DNA from: a bacterium
Lineage (GTDB): Bacteria > Patescibacteriota > Patescibacteriia > JACQRZ01
Assembly (NCBI GenBank): GCA_030688365.1
Contig: JAUYIE010000020.1
Span: forward strand, 16,337-80,336
Direction: 5' to 3'
Length of the DNA: 64,000 nucleotides
Position 1 is the first letter of the stretch. Each line of letters begins with the position of its first letter. The position numbers and the translations under genes are program-made. The notes below the pieces were generated by a model. That model had not been told where the DNA came from and did no database searches. It saw nothing but the letters and a program-made list of their open reading frames with translations. This document shows positions 19,015-28,544 of the stretch, one piece after another.

Positions 19015-20259
19015 ATGTCTACAGTGGCTGTTGAAGAAAATGAAGTAGATCAAGATAGAGAAGAGTTTAAGCAATTACTCCAGGAGTATGGTGCTCAATT
19101 ACCGAAAGTAGGAGATATGGTAGAAGGTGAAGTCATCGGTATTGGAAAAAATGAAGTTCAAATTGATATAAATGGTATTGCGAGTGGTATTGTTCGCGGG
19201 TATGAACTTATTGATGAATCCGAAGAATATTCTCATTTGGCCCTCGGGGATAAGGTGGTAGCAACGGTATTGGACTTGGAAAATGAATCCGGCGCTATGG
19301 AATTGTCCTTTCGCTCCGCGGGACACAAAAAAGCATGGGATCGTTTGTTTGATTTGATTAATGCAGGAGACATCGTACAGGCACAAATTACCGAAGCAAA
19401 TAAGGGTGGACTTATGGTTGTACTTGGAAAGACAAAGGGATTTTTGCCAGTGTCGCAGTTGTGCCCAGAACACTATCCTCGTATTCAAGGTGGTGATAAG
19501 AATAAAATTCTTGATCGTTTAAAAACATACGTTGGTCAAATGTTTGATGTCAAAGTGATAGACGTCAATGAAAAAGAAGAGAAACTGATTGTATCAGAAA
19601 AGTCAGTGTGGGAAGAACGACAAAAAGATGTGATCGGCAGTTATAAAGTAGGAGATGAGATTGAAGGAACCATTACAGTGATTACCGACTTTGGTGCGTT
19701 TGTGGAGTTTGGTGAAGGTTTAGAAGGTCTTGTTCACATTTCAGAACTTGCATGGCAACGTATCGATGACCCACGCGATGTTGTTGCACGTGGACAAAAG
19801 ATTAAAGCGCAGATTATTAAAATAGACGGATCAAAGATTTTTCTTTCAATGAAAAATTTGATAGATGATCCATGGAAGCATGTTGTTGAGAAATATACAT
19901 TGGGACAAAAGGTACAAGGGAAAGTACTTAAGATCAATCCCTTTGGACTGTTTGTGGAACTTGACACCGATATTCATGGGCTTGCTCATGTCTCGGAATT
20001 ATCAGAAAAACCTGATGTGAATCCGTATGATGTGGCAAAACCCGGTGATGAATTGGAATTTCGTATTGTTTCTATCAAGCCAGATGAACACCGATTGGGT
20101 TTGAGTATTAATGCTATGAATAAACCAGATTCATATTTCACAGAGAAAACTGAAGCAACACAGGAAGATGAATCATCCGATCCTCACTCTACTGGCTCAA
20201 CACTTGAACAAACGCCGAAGGGTTCAACAGAAGAGACAACGACTCCTATCGTTGAATAG
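19015..20259 (+). CDS. rpsA: 30S ribosomal protein S1 (multi-S1-domain)
   Basis: Four S1-like repeats (G..V.G.V..I..FGAFVE...GL.HISE). Confidence 0.8.
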   Translation: MSTVAVEENEVDQDREEFKQLLQEYGAQLPKVGDMVEGEVIGIGKNEVQIDINGIASGIVRGYELIDESEEYSHLALGDKVVATVLDLENESGAMELSFRSAGHKKAWDRLFDLINAGDIVQAQITEANKGGLMVVLGKTKGFLPVSQLCPEHYPRIQGGDKNKILDRLKTYVGQMFDVKVIDVNEKEEKLIVSEKSVWEERQKDVIGSYKVGDEIEGTITVITDFGAFVEFGEGLEGLVHISELAWQRIDDPRDVVARGQKIKAQIIKIDGSKIFLSMKNLIDDPWKHVVEKYTLGQKVQGKVLKINPFGLFVELDTDIHGLAHVSELSEKPDVNPYDVAKPGDELEFRIVSIKPDEHRLGLSINAMNKPDSYFTEKTEATQEDESSDPHSTGSTLEQTPKGSTEETTTPIVE

Positions 20260-20289
20260 TAGATGTTATCAATTTTCTGATTTTTACTT

Positions 20290-22104
20290 ATGAAACCGAT
20301 CATAAAAAACATCCTTATTTTTTTCATTGTTGTTGTCATTATAGGCGCAGCATTGAGTTTATATAATGCCACACCGGGTAACAAACCTACGGTGGTGGGG
20401 ATGGAAACTCTTATCGCACATATAAATGATGAACAAGTTAAATCGATAGAGATAAAGGGAGACTCCTTAAATATTGTATTAAATGATGATACAAAAGAGA
20501 TTGTTGTAAAAGAAGCAGGAGAATCTTTCTCTGACTTAGTAAAAAATTACAACCTTGATCCAGTAAAGGTTGCAAAAGCACACCCGGAAGTGAAAAATGA
20601 TAATACAACTGCGTGGATCGGTGCATTGTTGCCATTTCTGATTCCTGTTTTGTTATTGATTGTCCTTGTATACGTAATGGGACGTCAAATACAGGGCGCA
20701 AACTCTCGTGCAATGATGTTTGGATCCTCACGTGCACGTAAGTTGGAGGCGGATAACAAAAAAAACAGAGTCACATTTAAAGATGTCGCAGGTATTAAAG
20801 AATCAAAAGAAGAATTAAAAGAAATTATTGAATTTTTGAAAGATCATAAAAAATTTACTGACCTTGGGGCGAAAATCCCAAAAGGAGTACTTTTGGTTGG
20901 ACCTCCAGGGACTGGCAAGACATTATTGGCAAAAGCAGTTGCAGGGGAGGCAGACGTGCCGTTTTTTCATGTGTCTGGTTCAGAATTTATTGAAATGTTT
21001 GTGGGTGTTGGAGCCAGCCGAGTACGTGATCTCTTTACGCGCGCGAAAAAAAGTGCACCATGTATCGTTTTTATTGATGAGATTGATGCGGTAGGCCGTC
21101 AGAGGGGCGCGGGTCTTGGCGGTTCAAATGATGAACGTGAACAAACTCTTAATCAAATACTTGTTGAGTTGGATGGGTTTGAGCCAAACGACAATGTCAT
21201 TGTGATGGCCGCGACCAATCGTCCTGATGTATTGGATCCGGCTTTGCTCCGACCAGGTCGTTTTGATCGCCGTGTGTTTCTTGATCCTCCTAGTATTAAT
21301 GATCGAGAAGAGATTTTACAGGTACATGCACAAAAAAAGCCATTAGCTGCGGACGTATCTTTGAGGAAAATTGCTGAACGTACTCCGGGATTCAGTGGTG
21401 CTGATTTGGCTAACCTTTTGAACGAATCGGCTATTTTGACTGCGCGTAAGGATAGGAAAGAGGTCTTACAAGATGATATTATTGAAAGTATTGAAAAGGT
21501 CATGTTAGGGCCACAACGGAAGAGCCATATACTTTCTGATGAGGAGAAAAAAGTAACGGCATATCATGAAGCAGGTCATGCGATCGTTTCTCATGCCTTT
21601 AAAAAAGAAGGATCAGTGCAAAAGGTTTCTATTATTTCCCGTGGTCGTGCTGCTGGTTACACATTGAATATGCCCACGGAAGATAAATACTTTACCCGAA
21701 AAAAGGAATTTCTTGCGGATCTGGCAGTTATGATGGGTGGATATGTGACAGAAGAACTTATCTTTGGTGACGTGAGCACTGGAGCACACAATGATTTATC
21801 CAAAGCAACGGATGTAGCTCGAAAAATGGTTACGGATTATGGTATGAGTCCGTTGGGGCCACAAACATTTGGTCATGATGATGAGGCAGTCTTTTTGGGA
21901 CGCGACTTGGTTACAAAACGAAATTATAGCGAAAGTACTGCGGAAAGTATTGATGAACAAGTCAAGGTGTTTATTCACGGTGCATATGAAGAAGCGAAGA
22001 AAGTAGTTACCCACCATCGCACAAAACTGGAAGAAATTGTACAATTACTATTGGAGAAGGAGACTATTGAGCAAGAAGAGTTTGCAAGTCTCTTTGCCGT
22101 ATAA
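20290..22104 (+). CDS. ftsH: ATP-dependent zinc metalloprotease FtsH
   Basis: N-terminal TM helix, a periplasmic region and a second TM helix. Walker [12 protein letters not shown] motif. HEAGHA zinc motif. Confidence 0.92.
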   Translation: MKPIIKNILIFFIVVVIIGAALSLYNATPGNKPTVVGMETLIAHINDEQVKSIEIKGDSLNIVLNDDTKEIVVKEAGESFSDLVKNYNLDPVKVAKAHPEVKNDNTTAWIGALLPFLIPVLLLIVLVYVMGRQIQGANSRAMMFGSSRARKLEADNKKNRVTFKDVAGIKESKEELKEIIEFLKDHKKFTDLGAKIPKGVLLVGPPGTGKTLLAKAVAGEADVPFFHVSGSEFIEMFVGVGASRVRDLFTRAKKSAPCIVFIDEIDAVGRQRGAGLGGSNDEREQTLNQILVELDGFEPNDNVIVMAATNRPDVLDPALLRPGRFDRRVFLDPPSINDREEILQVHAQKKPLAADVSLRKIAERTPGFSGADLANLLNESAILTARKDRKEVLQDDIIESIEKVMLGPQRKSHILSDEEKKVTAYHEAGHAIVSHAFKKEGSVQKVSIISRGRAAGYTLNMPTEDKYFTRKKEFLADLAVMMGGYVTEELIFGDVSTGAHNDLSKATDVARKMVTDYGMSPLGPQTFGHDDEAVFLGRDLVTKRNYSESTAESIDEQVKVFIHGAYEEAKKVVTHHRTKLEEIVQLLLEKETIEQEEFASLFAV

Positions 22105-22121
22105 GTTTTTATTACAATCCC

Positions 22122-23801
22122 ATGTCATCATCACCTCATGTAGGGAAGTCGTTTAAAGGCGCAGAAGAGAAGTTTTCTGAAAAAATGAAAACGATGGGTT
22201 TAGAAAAGCAAGAAAATGATGCTAAAAACCTTGCACATATTGCGGATTTTGGATATGTGTATCTTGTTGGCGTTGCCATAACGCCGGGGTTACTAGAAAT
22301 GATCCCCGTTGATATTGCCAAAAAATTACAACTTATTTGTTTTCAATCCCAGGAAGGAAAATTTTTCTTTGCATCAATTGATCCCCTGGGTGATGATGTA
22401 GAAGACTATATAAAGAAGTTTGAAAAAACCAATCACTGTACCGTGCAACTACATACTATGTCACAAGCAAGTTTTGATGCTGTGATGAAGTTATATGCCA
22501 AACTTCCAACATTGGCAACAGAACAACATGGTGTGTCTATTAATCAGGATGATTTAGACAAATATAAGGAAGGTTTTTCAGATATACGCAAGATTCAAGA
22601 ACAGATACAAGATGTTAATGTTACAGACATACTGACACTTTTGATTTCTGTGGCCTTGTCTACGAATGCATCAGATATTCACGTGGAAGCAGAAGAAAAG
22701 GATATAAAATTGCGACTGCGTATTGATGGCGTGTTGCATAATATTGCTTCATTACCACCAGAGGATTGGAAAAAAATTATTTCACGCATCAAGTTGTTGG
22801 CAAAAGTGAAAATTAATATTTCTGATCGACCACAAGATGGACGGTTTACTATCTTTCTAAAAGATGATGAAGTGGATGTTCGTGTTTCAACCTTACCCAC
22901 AAGTTATGGAGAGAGTGTGGTTATGCGATTATTGCGATCATCCAGCGCTGGATTGCAATTTGCCGATCTTGGATTGGCTGATTATACTTTTCGCACACTC
23001 AAGCGAGAAGTAGAGCGACCAAACGGGATGATTATCACAACAGGGCCGACGGGGTCAGGAAAGACGACGACATTGTATGCGATGCTCAATCATCTGAATT
23101 CATCAGAAGTAAAAATCATTACATTAGAAGATCCGATTGAATACAAACTTGGTGGTATCAACCAAAGTCAGGTAGATCCGACAAAGGACTATACATTTGC
23201 CAACGGTTTGCGTTCTATCCTGCGACAAGATCCTGATGTGGTGATGGTAGGGGAAATCCGTGATTTTGAAACCGCAGATATTGCGATCAATGCCGCGTTG
23301 ACGGGGCATTTGGTTATCTCTACAATTCATACCAACAGTGCGGCAGGTGCTATTCCACGTCTTTTGGCGATTGGTGTAAAACCCTTTTTACTTGCCCCTG
23401 CACTTACCGCATTGATAGGTCAACGCCTCGTACGACGTTTATGTGAGAAATGTAAAAAGGAAATCACCCCAGATACCGAAACACTGGAGCGAGTGAAGGG
23501 ATATTTGTCCTCTCTTTCACCGGCAAGTGGTGTGAAAGTGGATATAAATACAATGAAGTTTTTTGGACCCGTTGGATGTGATGATTGTTATGGTATAGGA
23601 TATAAAGGACGCATTGGTATTTTTGAAATAATGACTATAAATAAAGAGATTGAAGCGATTATGTTATCTCCACAGGTGTCTGAATATGGTATTCAAGAAA
23701 ATGCAGTAAAAAATGGTATGATTACTATGGTACAGGAAGGGTTGCTTCGCGCAGTGTCGGGTATTACTTCAATAGAAGAAGTATTTAGTGTGGCACAATA
23801 A
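22122..23801 (+). CDS. pilB: Type IV pilus / type II secretion assembly ATPase (PilB/GspE family)
   Basis: Walker A GPTGSGKTTT. Asp box. His box. Tetracysteine motif (CEKC...CDDC). Confidence 0.85.
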   Translation: MSSSPHVGKSFKGAEEKFSEKMKTMGLEKQENDAKNLAHIADFGYVYLVGVAITPGLLEMIPVDIAKKLQLICFQSQEGKFFFASIDPLGDDVEDYIKKFEKTNHCTVQLHTMSQASFDAVMKLYAKLPTLATEQHGVSINQDDLDKYKEGFSDIRKIQEQIQDVNVTDILTLLISVALSTNASDIHVEAEEKDIKLRLRIDGVLHNIASLPPEDWKKIISRIKLLAKVKINISDRPQDGRFTIFLKDDEVDVRVSTLPTSYGESVVMRLLRSSSAGLQFADLGLADYTFRTLKREVERPNGMIITTGPTGSGKTTTLYAMLNHLNSSEVKIITLEDPIEYKLGGINQSQVDPTKDYTFANGLRSILRQDPDVVMVGEIRDFETADIAINAALTGHLVISTIHTNSAAGAIPRLLAIGVKPFLLAPALTALIGQRLVRRLCEKCKKEITPDTETLERVKGYLSSLSPASGVKVDINTMKFFGPVGCDDCYGIGYKGRIGIFEIMTINKEIEAIMLSPQVSEYGIQENAVKNGMITMVQEGLLRAVSGITSIEEVFSVAQ

Positions 23802-23824
23802 ACTAATGTATAATTCAATTTTAT

Positions 23825-24082
23825 ATGAATAAATTTGAGTTTGATGAAGAATCGTTTAATGAAGCTATCAAACAGGATCCATCAAAAATTAAAACCATTA
23901 TGGAGGATATCGGTCGGATGCCTTCAGGAGAGAATGCGGGGAGTGAAAAAAATAAAGAAACAAGTGATACGGAAAAAAAATTACAAAATTTAGAAAAAGA
24001 GATAGCAGAGCTAAAAAAAGCGGTTGAGGACATAGTTCCACGAGTAGAAACGTTAGAACAATCAAAGAAAAAGGAAGAGTAA
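23825..24082 (+). CDS. Small coiled-coil protein, hypothetical
   Basis: 85 aa, Lys/Glu-rich with heptad periodicity. It follows pilB. Confidence 0.35.
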   Translation: MNKFEFDEESFNEAIKQDPSKIKTIMEDIGRMPSGENAGSEKNKETSDTEKKLQNLEKEIAELKKAVEDIVPRVETLEQSKKKEE

Positions 24083-24110
24083 CGATAATACCCACCACGT
24101 TGGTTGATAT

Positions 24111-24554
24111 TTAAATGGAGTGCTCAAAATGAATCCATATCGCATCTGGTGGAATGATATCTTTGATGTGTTCCGCCCATTCAATGATGGTGATGGTGTG
24201 TTTGTCGTTCATATAGTCTTTAATGCCAATGTCTTCCAGATCGTGTCCTGAAGTGAGACGATATGCGTCTACATGACAGAGTTGTGAGATAGTGTCATGT
24301 CCAGCAGGTACGTCATATATCTTCATAATGACAAAGGTTGGACTAGTGACAGTGTTTTTAACACCCAGCGCTTTTGCTATGCCTTTTGTAAATGCTGTTT
24401 TTCCTGCGCCAAGATCACCAGTGAGTGCTAACACATCTCCACCTGAAAATTTACTCACAAGTTTTTGTGCGTAACCATAGGTTTCTGGTTCGCTGTGAGT
24501 TATCACCGTATGTATTTCACTATTTTTTGAAATTGTAATAGTCCGTGTATTCAT
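24111..24554 (-). CDS. tsaE: tRNA threonylcarbamoyladenosine biosynthesis protein TsaE
   Basis: GDLGAGKTAFTKGIAKALGV P-loop and SPTF motif. Confidence 0.8.
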   Translation of the reverse strand: MNTRTITISKNSEIHTVITHSEPETYGYAQKLVSKFSGGDVLALTGDLGAGKTAFTKGIAKALGVKNTVTSPTFVIMKIYDVPAGHDTISQLCHVDAYRLTSGHDLEDIGIKDYMNDKHTITIIEWAEHIKDIIPPDAIWIHFEHSI

Positions 24555-24557
24555 ATT

Positions 24558-25601
24558 TTAATAGTTTACTTGCTCTATTTCCCAGTTTGGATCACCATCT
24601 AGTTGTTGCCATGAGATCGTATCTTTTTTTTGGATATGAAAATATCCTGCCACAGCGACCATCGTCGCATTGTCGGTGCACGCGTTTGGTCCAGGGAATT
24701 GATACGCGCATTGCGGGAGTTGTGTTTCAATCATTTTTTGCATTTCCGTGCGTAATGCCGTGTTTGCCATCACTCCACCGCCAAAGACAATAGAACGTAC
24801 ATCATACATCCGCGTAGCTTTGAGTGTTTTTGAAATAAGGACATCAATGACTGCTTTTTGAAAAGCGGCGCATACATCGGCTGTGCGTTTTTTTTGTTCT
24901 GGTGATAAGTACAGTACTGCTGTTTTTAATCCACTAAAGCTAAACTCAAAATTATCTGCATGGATCATCGGACGGGGAAGGATGATAGCTAACGCATCGC
25001 CCTGTAATGCATGTTGAGATATCTCTGGTCCGCCTGGGTATCCTAGACCAAGAAGTTGTGCGACTTTATCAAAACACTCTCCGACAGCGTCATCGCGTGT
25101 ACGGCCAAGTAAATCATACTCGCCTATATTTTTTATTAGTACCAGTTCGGTATGTCCACCTGATACGATCAATCCAAGGGTGGGAAATGCAAGATGGGGA
25201 TTTTCTAGCCAATTTGTAAGCAGATGTGCTTCTATGTGATTGACGCGCACAAGTGGAATACCCCATGCGCTGGCGAGTGTTTTTGCCGTCTGCACGCCGA
25301 TGAGTAGTGAAGTGATGAGTCCAGGGCCGGCAGTTACCGCGATGGCGTCTGGACGGGTATCACCAAGTATTTTTTTTAAAAGAAAGGGGAGTGTTTTAAT
25401 ATGTTCCCGTGCTGCTACTTCTGGAACTACACCGCCGTATGGTGCATGAATATCTATTTGAGATGATACCAGATTTTTTTCAAGCACAAACGTGCCGTCT
25501 TGCGCGCGAAGAAGTGCTACTGCTGTTTCATCACATGATGTTTCAATGCCAAGGATTATCATAGTTCTTTGGATACTATCATGAAGATTGTGGAAAATCA
25601 A
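24558..25601 (-). CDS. tsaD: tRNA N6-adenosine threonylcarbamoyltransferase TsaD
   Basis: ILGIETSCDETAVAL N-terminus. HxxH-like metal site (HIEAH). Kae1/TsaD family. Adjacent to tsaE. Confidence 0.9.
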   Translation of the reverse strand: MIFHNLHDSIQRTMIILGIETSCDETAVALLRAQDGTFVLEKNLVSSQIDIHAPYGGVVPEVAAREHIKTLPFLLKKILGDTRPDAIAVTAGPGLITSLLIGVQTAKTLASAWGIPLVRVNHIEAHLLTNWLENPHLAFPTLGLIVSGGHTELVLIKNIGEYDLLGRTRDDAVGECFDKVAQLLGLGYPGGPEISQHALQGDALAIILPRPMIHADNFEFSFSGLKTAVLYLSPEQKKRTADVCAAFQKAVIDVLISKTLKATRMYDVRSIVFGGGVMANTALRTEMQKMIETQLPQCAYQFPGPNACTDNATMVAVAGYFHIQKKDTISWQQLDGDPNWEIEQVNY

Positions 25602-25641
25602 GAGTCGTTTACTTTCTGACTATGCACGGTAGAATAGGTAT

Positions 25642-26391
25642 ATGAAACTATCTGTTGTGATACCCGCATATAATGAAGAGGCAAGTATACGTCGTACGAT
25701 TACTACGGTGGCTGATTATGTTCGCACGACATTTCCCGACGGTGAAATCATAGTGATCGACGATGGGAGCACGGATCATACACGTGATATCGTACGGTCT
25801 TTGATGTCTACCTATCCACTGCGCTTCATAACGCATAAAAAAAATAAAGGAAAGGGCGCGGCAGTAAGGACAGGTGCATTATCGGCGCATGGAGACTATA
25901 TTCTTTTTATGGATGCGGATATGTCTACCCATATTCAAGAGTTTGATGGCTTATATCGTGCACTTGTTGGTGGGGCGGATATTGCTATCGGATCTCGCTA
26001 TATGAACACAAGCCATGTGGTCGTATACCAGCCGTGGTTTCGTGTGATCCTGGGACGTATTGCCAATACCATTGTCCGTATGATGCTTTTACCTCGTATC
26101 TATGATACCCAATGCGGTTTTAAAGCATTTACCCATGAAACGGCTTTGATATTGTTTCATCTACAAACAATGGAGCGATGGTCATTTGATGTGGAACTGT
26201 TGGTTTTGGCGCGTCGACTCGGGTATACAATCGTTGAAGTACCGATAACGTGGGAGGATTCACGTGATCGCAAAAGCCGTTTTCGTGCTGTACGGGACGC
26301 GAACGGCATGGTGCTTGATGTGCTTCGTGTCATGTATGCTATTGCTTGCAAGCGATACGGTGATCTTGACCAACACAAAAAAATACGATAG
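25642..26391 (+). CDS. GT2 glycosyltransferase (polyprenol-phosphate sugar transferase-like)
   Basis: VVIPAYNEEASI, IVIDDGSTD and DADMS (DxD) motifs. Confidence 0.75.
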   Translation: MKLSVVIPAYNEEASIRRTITTVADYVRTTFPDGEIIVIDDGSTDHTRDIVRSLMSTYPLRFITHKKNKGKGAAVRTGALSAHGDYILFMDADMSTHIQEFDGLYRALVGGADIAIGSRYMNTSHVVVYQPWFRVILGRIANTIVRMMLLPRIYDTQCGFKAFTHETALILFHLQTMERWSFDVELLVLARRLGYTIVEVPITWEDSRDRKSRFRAVRDANGMVLDVLRVMYAIACKRYGDLDQHKKIR

Positions 26392-26407
26392 CATTAGCTG
26401 GTATTGT

Positions 26408-26482
26408 GGCCTCATCGTCTAGTGGTTAGGACGTCAGGTTTTCATCCTGGAAATCGGGGTTCGACTCCCCGTGGGGCTACCA
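26408..26482 (+). tRNA. tRNA-Glu, anticodon UUC
   Basis: Manual fold. Acceptor GGCCTCA/TGGGGCT. D-stem GTCT/GGAC. Anticodon stem TCAGG/CCTGG with loop TTTTCAT. T-stem CGGGG/CCCCG. Encoded CCA. Confidence 0.82.
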
Positions 26483-26559
26483 AGAGTTACAAGATTAATT
26501 TTTTCAAAATCCATCGCGCCATCTGGCGCGTACGCCCCGATGCCTGATTCAAAAACACC

Positions 26560-26598
26560 CCAGTATTTTTCGCTGTGGTGTTTTTTGCATGGTAAACG
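26560..26598. terminator. Bidirectional rho-independent terminator
   Basis: Hairpin ACACCCCAG...CTGTGGTGT with an A-run on one side and a T-run on the other. It lies between tRNA-Glu (plus strand) and the STAS-like gene (minus strand). Confidence 0.45.
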
Positions 26599-26607
26599 AA
26601 GGTTTGT

Positions 26608-26904
26608 TTATTTTTCTTTTATCACAAAAATGTCGCCATGCATTTTTTGTAGTAACTCAAGGGTGTCTCTGACGGAAAGATTCGCAGTAGTATACAAATG
26701 AAGTCTTTTTCCAAACTCCTCCGCAAGGGGAGTCAGAAATTCATCTCCCCACGAAGGAGAAAAGGTAGTTACACCCTCAAAATCAATCTCAATAATCTCG
26801 TTAGATTTTAACTGTGTAAGCAATGAACGCAATGCCAACAGGGCTTCCTTTCCTGCTTGTCGTGACATCAATGAGTGACCAATTTTTTTAAGTTCTAGAC
26901 GCAT
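26608..26904 (-). CDS. STAS-like (DUF4325-like) small protein
   Basis: 98 aa. IEIDFEGVTTFSPSWGDEFLTPLAEEFGKRLHLYTTANLSV resembles the STAS/anti-anti-sigma-like DUF4325 fold. Domain assignment is from memory only. Confidence 0.5.
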   Translation of the reverse strand: MRLELKKIGHSLMSRQAGKEALLALRSLLTQLKSNEIIEIDFEGVTTFSPSWGDEFLTPLAEEFGKRLHLYTTANLSVRDTLELLQKMHGDIFVIKEK

Positions 26905-26908
26905 AGTA

Positions 26909-27661
26909 TTAAAATGTAATTACCGCTAAACATCCTCGTATAGTTTGCTCGGCCTGAATTATCGTGAGATCGTTTTCATTTTGTGCAAGTTGCAGTTCCG
27001 CATCTCCTGACCGGAAAAGGAGAGTAAGAGGATATTTTATGATATTATTGCGTACATACTTTAATCCATTTCCTCTTCGTTCGGGTGCACGACCACTGAT
27101 CGTTTCAGTGAAGGCAAGGCGCAATGCTTCCCCGTCTGTTGCCAGAGTCGGACGTACTCGTTTGAGTGTGGTTAAAATACCTTGTCCACGGTCAGCGAGA
27201 ATAATATAACGCTGTTCAAGGTCAAACGAAAAATAAATACCGGAAATATCAGGCCAGTTCACCAAATTATGATCAAATGAATTATTGCCAATTTCTCCCG
27301 CTGTTGACGTAATAATGGAATACAATTCTTCGAAACCGGACATTTTCATAAGCAGGAGCTCCATTCTTCCAATACGCGCCTGGAAGACTCCGCTATTGGG
27401 ACAGTATACTTCTCCGTGGGGTTCGTATCCTATTGGGCTAGATACCCAAAGCTCAGCATCAAATAATAGCTTCATAGATGTTTTTCTTATAAACGATTCT
27501 ATCGCATAGCGTCTATAATATCTATTCCCTCCTGTTTGCGCTCGTACGGCAAGAAGGGATCCTGATTTGTCCCATCGCCGTAATGTTTGGTGAGAGACCC
27601 CAAGTTTTTTGGCCGTCTCACCGATAGATACTAATTCATTTTTATTATTAAATCTATTCAT
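26909..27661 (-). CDS. MerR-type HTH fused to GHKL-superfamily (RsbW/histidine-kinase-like) ATPase domain
   Basis: N-terminal MerR HTH (IGETAKKLGVSHQTLRRWDKSGSL). ATPase N-box (GEIGNNSFDH), G1 (DRGQGI) and G2 (GNGLKYV) motifs. No HisKA/DHp domain. Confidence 0.6.
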   Translation of the reverse strand: MNRFNNKNELVSIGETAKKLGVSHQTLRRWDKSGSLLAVRAQTGGNRYYRRYAIESFIRKTSMKLLFDAELWVSSPIGYEPHGEVYCPNSGVFQARIGRMELLLMKMSGFEELYSIITSTAGEIGNNSFDHNLVNWPDISGIYFSFDLEQRYIILADRGQGILTTLKRVRPTLATDGEALRLAFTETISGRAPERRGNGLKYVRNNIIKYPLTLLFRSGDAELQLAQNENDLTIIQAEQTIRGCLAVITF

Positions 27662-27859
27662 ATCTATACACTATTATTACATATATATATAGATATGTCA
27701 AGACAAATAAGAAAAAAGTTGATTTTATGTTCTGTACCACATTAATTTCACCAATATTTAGTTCCAATTCGCTCCCTCGAGGGCTATGTCAGAAAGCAAG
27801 GTTTATCGCCTTGTTTTTGGTTATCTCTTGCAGATTTTATATTCGTTATTTAGAATGCT

Positions 27860-28456
27860 ATGTACACTATATGTATTATGAAACTAGTTTATAACATCAA
27901 AGATATTCCGAAAAAATACCGATATATTTTTACAATTGGTAATTTTGATGGTTTCCATACAGGACATCAAAAAATATTAAAAGCGTTGTTGAAAGAAAAA
28001 AAAATACCAAACGACAAAATATTATTAATAACATTTGTTGTGCATACACGCGATATTGATGGATCGTATGACTATCTGACATCCAAAAAAGACACAGAAA
28101 AGTTTTTTGCGTTGTATGGTGTAGACTTCGTATTGAAATTGGATTTTAAAAAAATAAAAGACGTAGAGTATGACGAGTTTTTGAAATGGCTTAATGATAA
28201 TCTTGATCTGAAGGCAATGATTCTGACTGAAAAATTACGTATCGGACATAACCGAAAGGGTACGACAAAAAAAATAATATCAACATTGCAGGCATTAAAA
28301 AATGATATTGCAATTAAGTGTATCCCGTTAGTTGTGATGGATCATAAACCTGTATCTACCACCGCGATCAAAAAATTGATTCAGGGGGGAAATTTTCGTC
28401 AAGCAAATAAACTTTTGGGCTATAAATATCGTGCATCTGACAGACAAGCCGAGTGA
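27860..28456 (+). CDS. FAD synthetase (FMN adenylyltransferase) domain protein, RibF N-terminal-like
   Basis: GNFDGFHTGHQ nucleotidyltransferase motif. Only about 198 aa, with no riboflavin-kinase domain. Confidence 0.6.
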   Translation: MYTICIMKLVYNIKDIPKKYRYIFTIGNFDGFHTGHQKILKALLKEKKIPNDKILLITFVVHTRDIDGSYDYLTSKKDTEKFFALYGVDFVLKLDFKKIKDVEYDEFLKWLNDNLDLKAMILTEKLRIGHNRKGTTKKIISTLQALKNDIAIKCIPLVVMDHKPVSTTAIKKLIQGGNFRQANKLLGYKYRASDRQAE

Positions 28457-28544
28457 CACACAAAACCCTCAATATCTAGACAAAAATCGTTATAAATTGT
28501 ATACTTTTTCAAGTTAAGGCGTGTAGTTTATTATAAACGTATAA

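Noticed and set aside
26483-27860. att-site direct repeat of the tRNA-Glu 3' end flanking the MerR-GHKL/STAS module (evidence for an integrated element)
   Set aside because: I searched the 27.66-27.86 kb intergenic region by eye for the tRNA 3' segment (GGTTCGACTCCCCGTGGGGCTACCA) and found no copy. Only an unrelated terminator-like hairpin (CAAGG-TTTATCG-CCTTG followed by a T-run) is present. Integration is therefore unproven.
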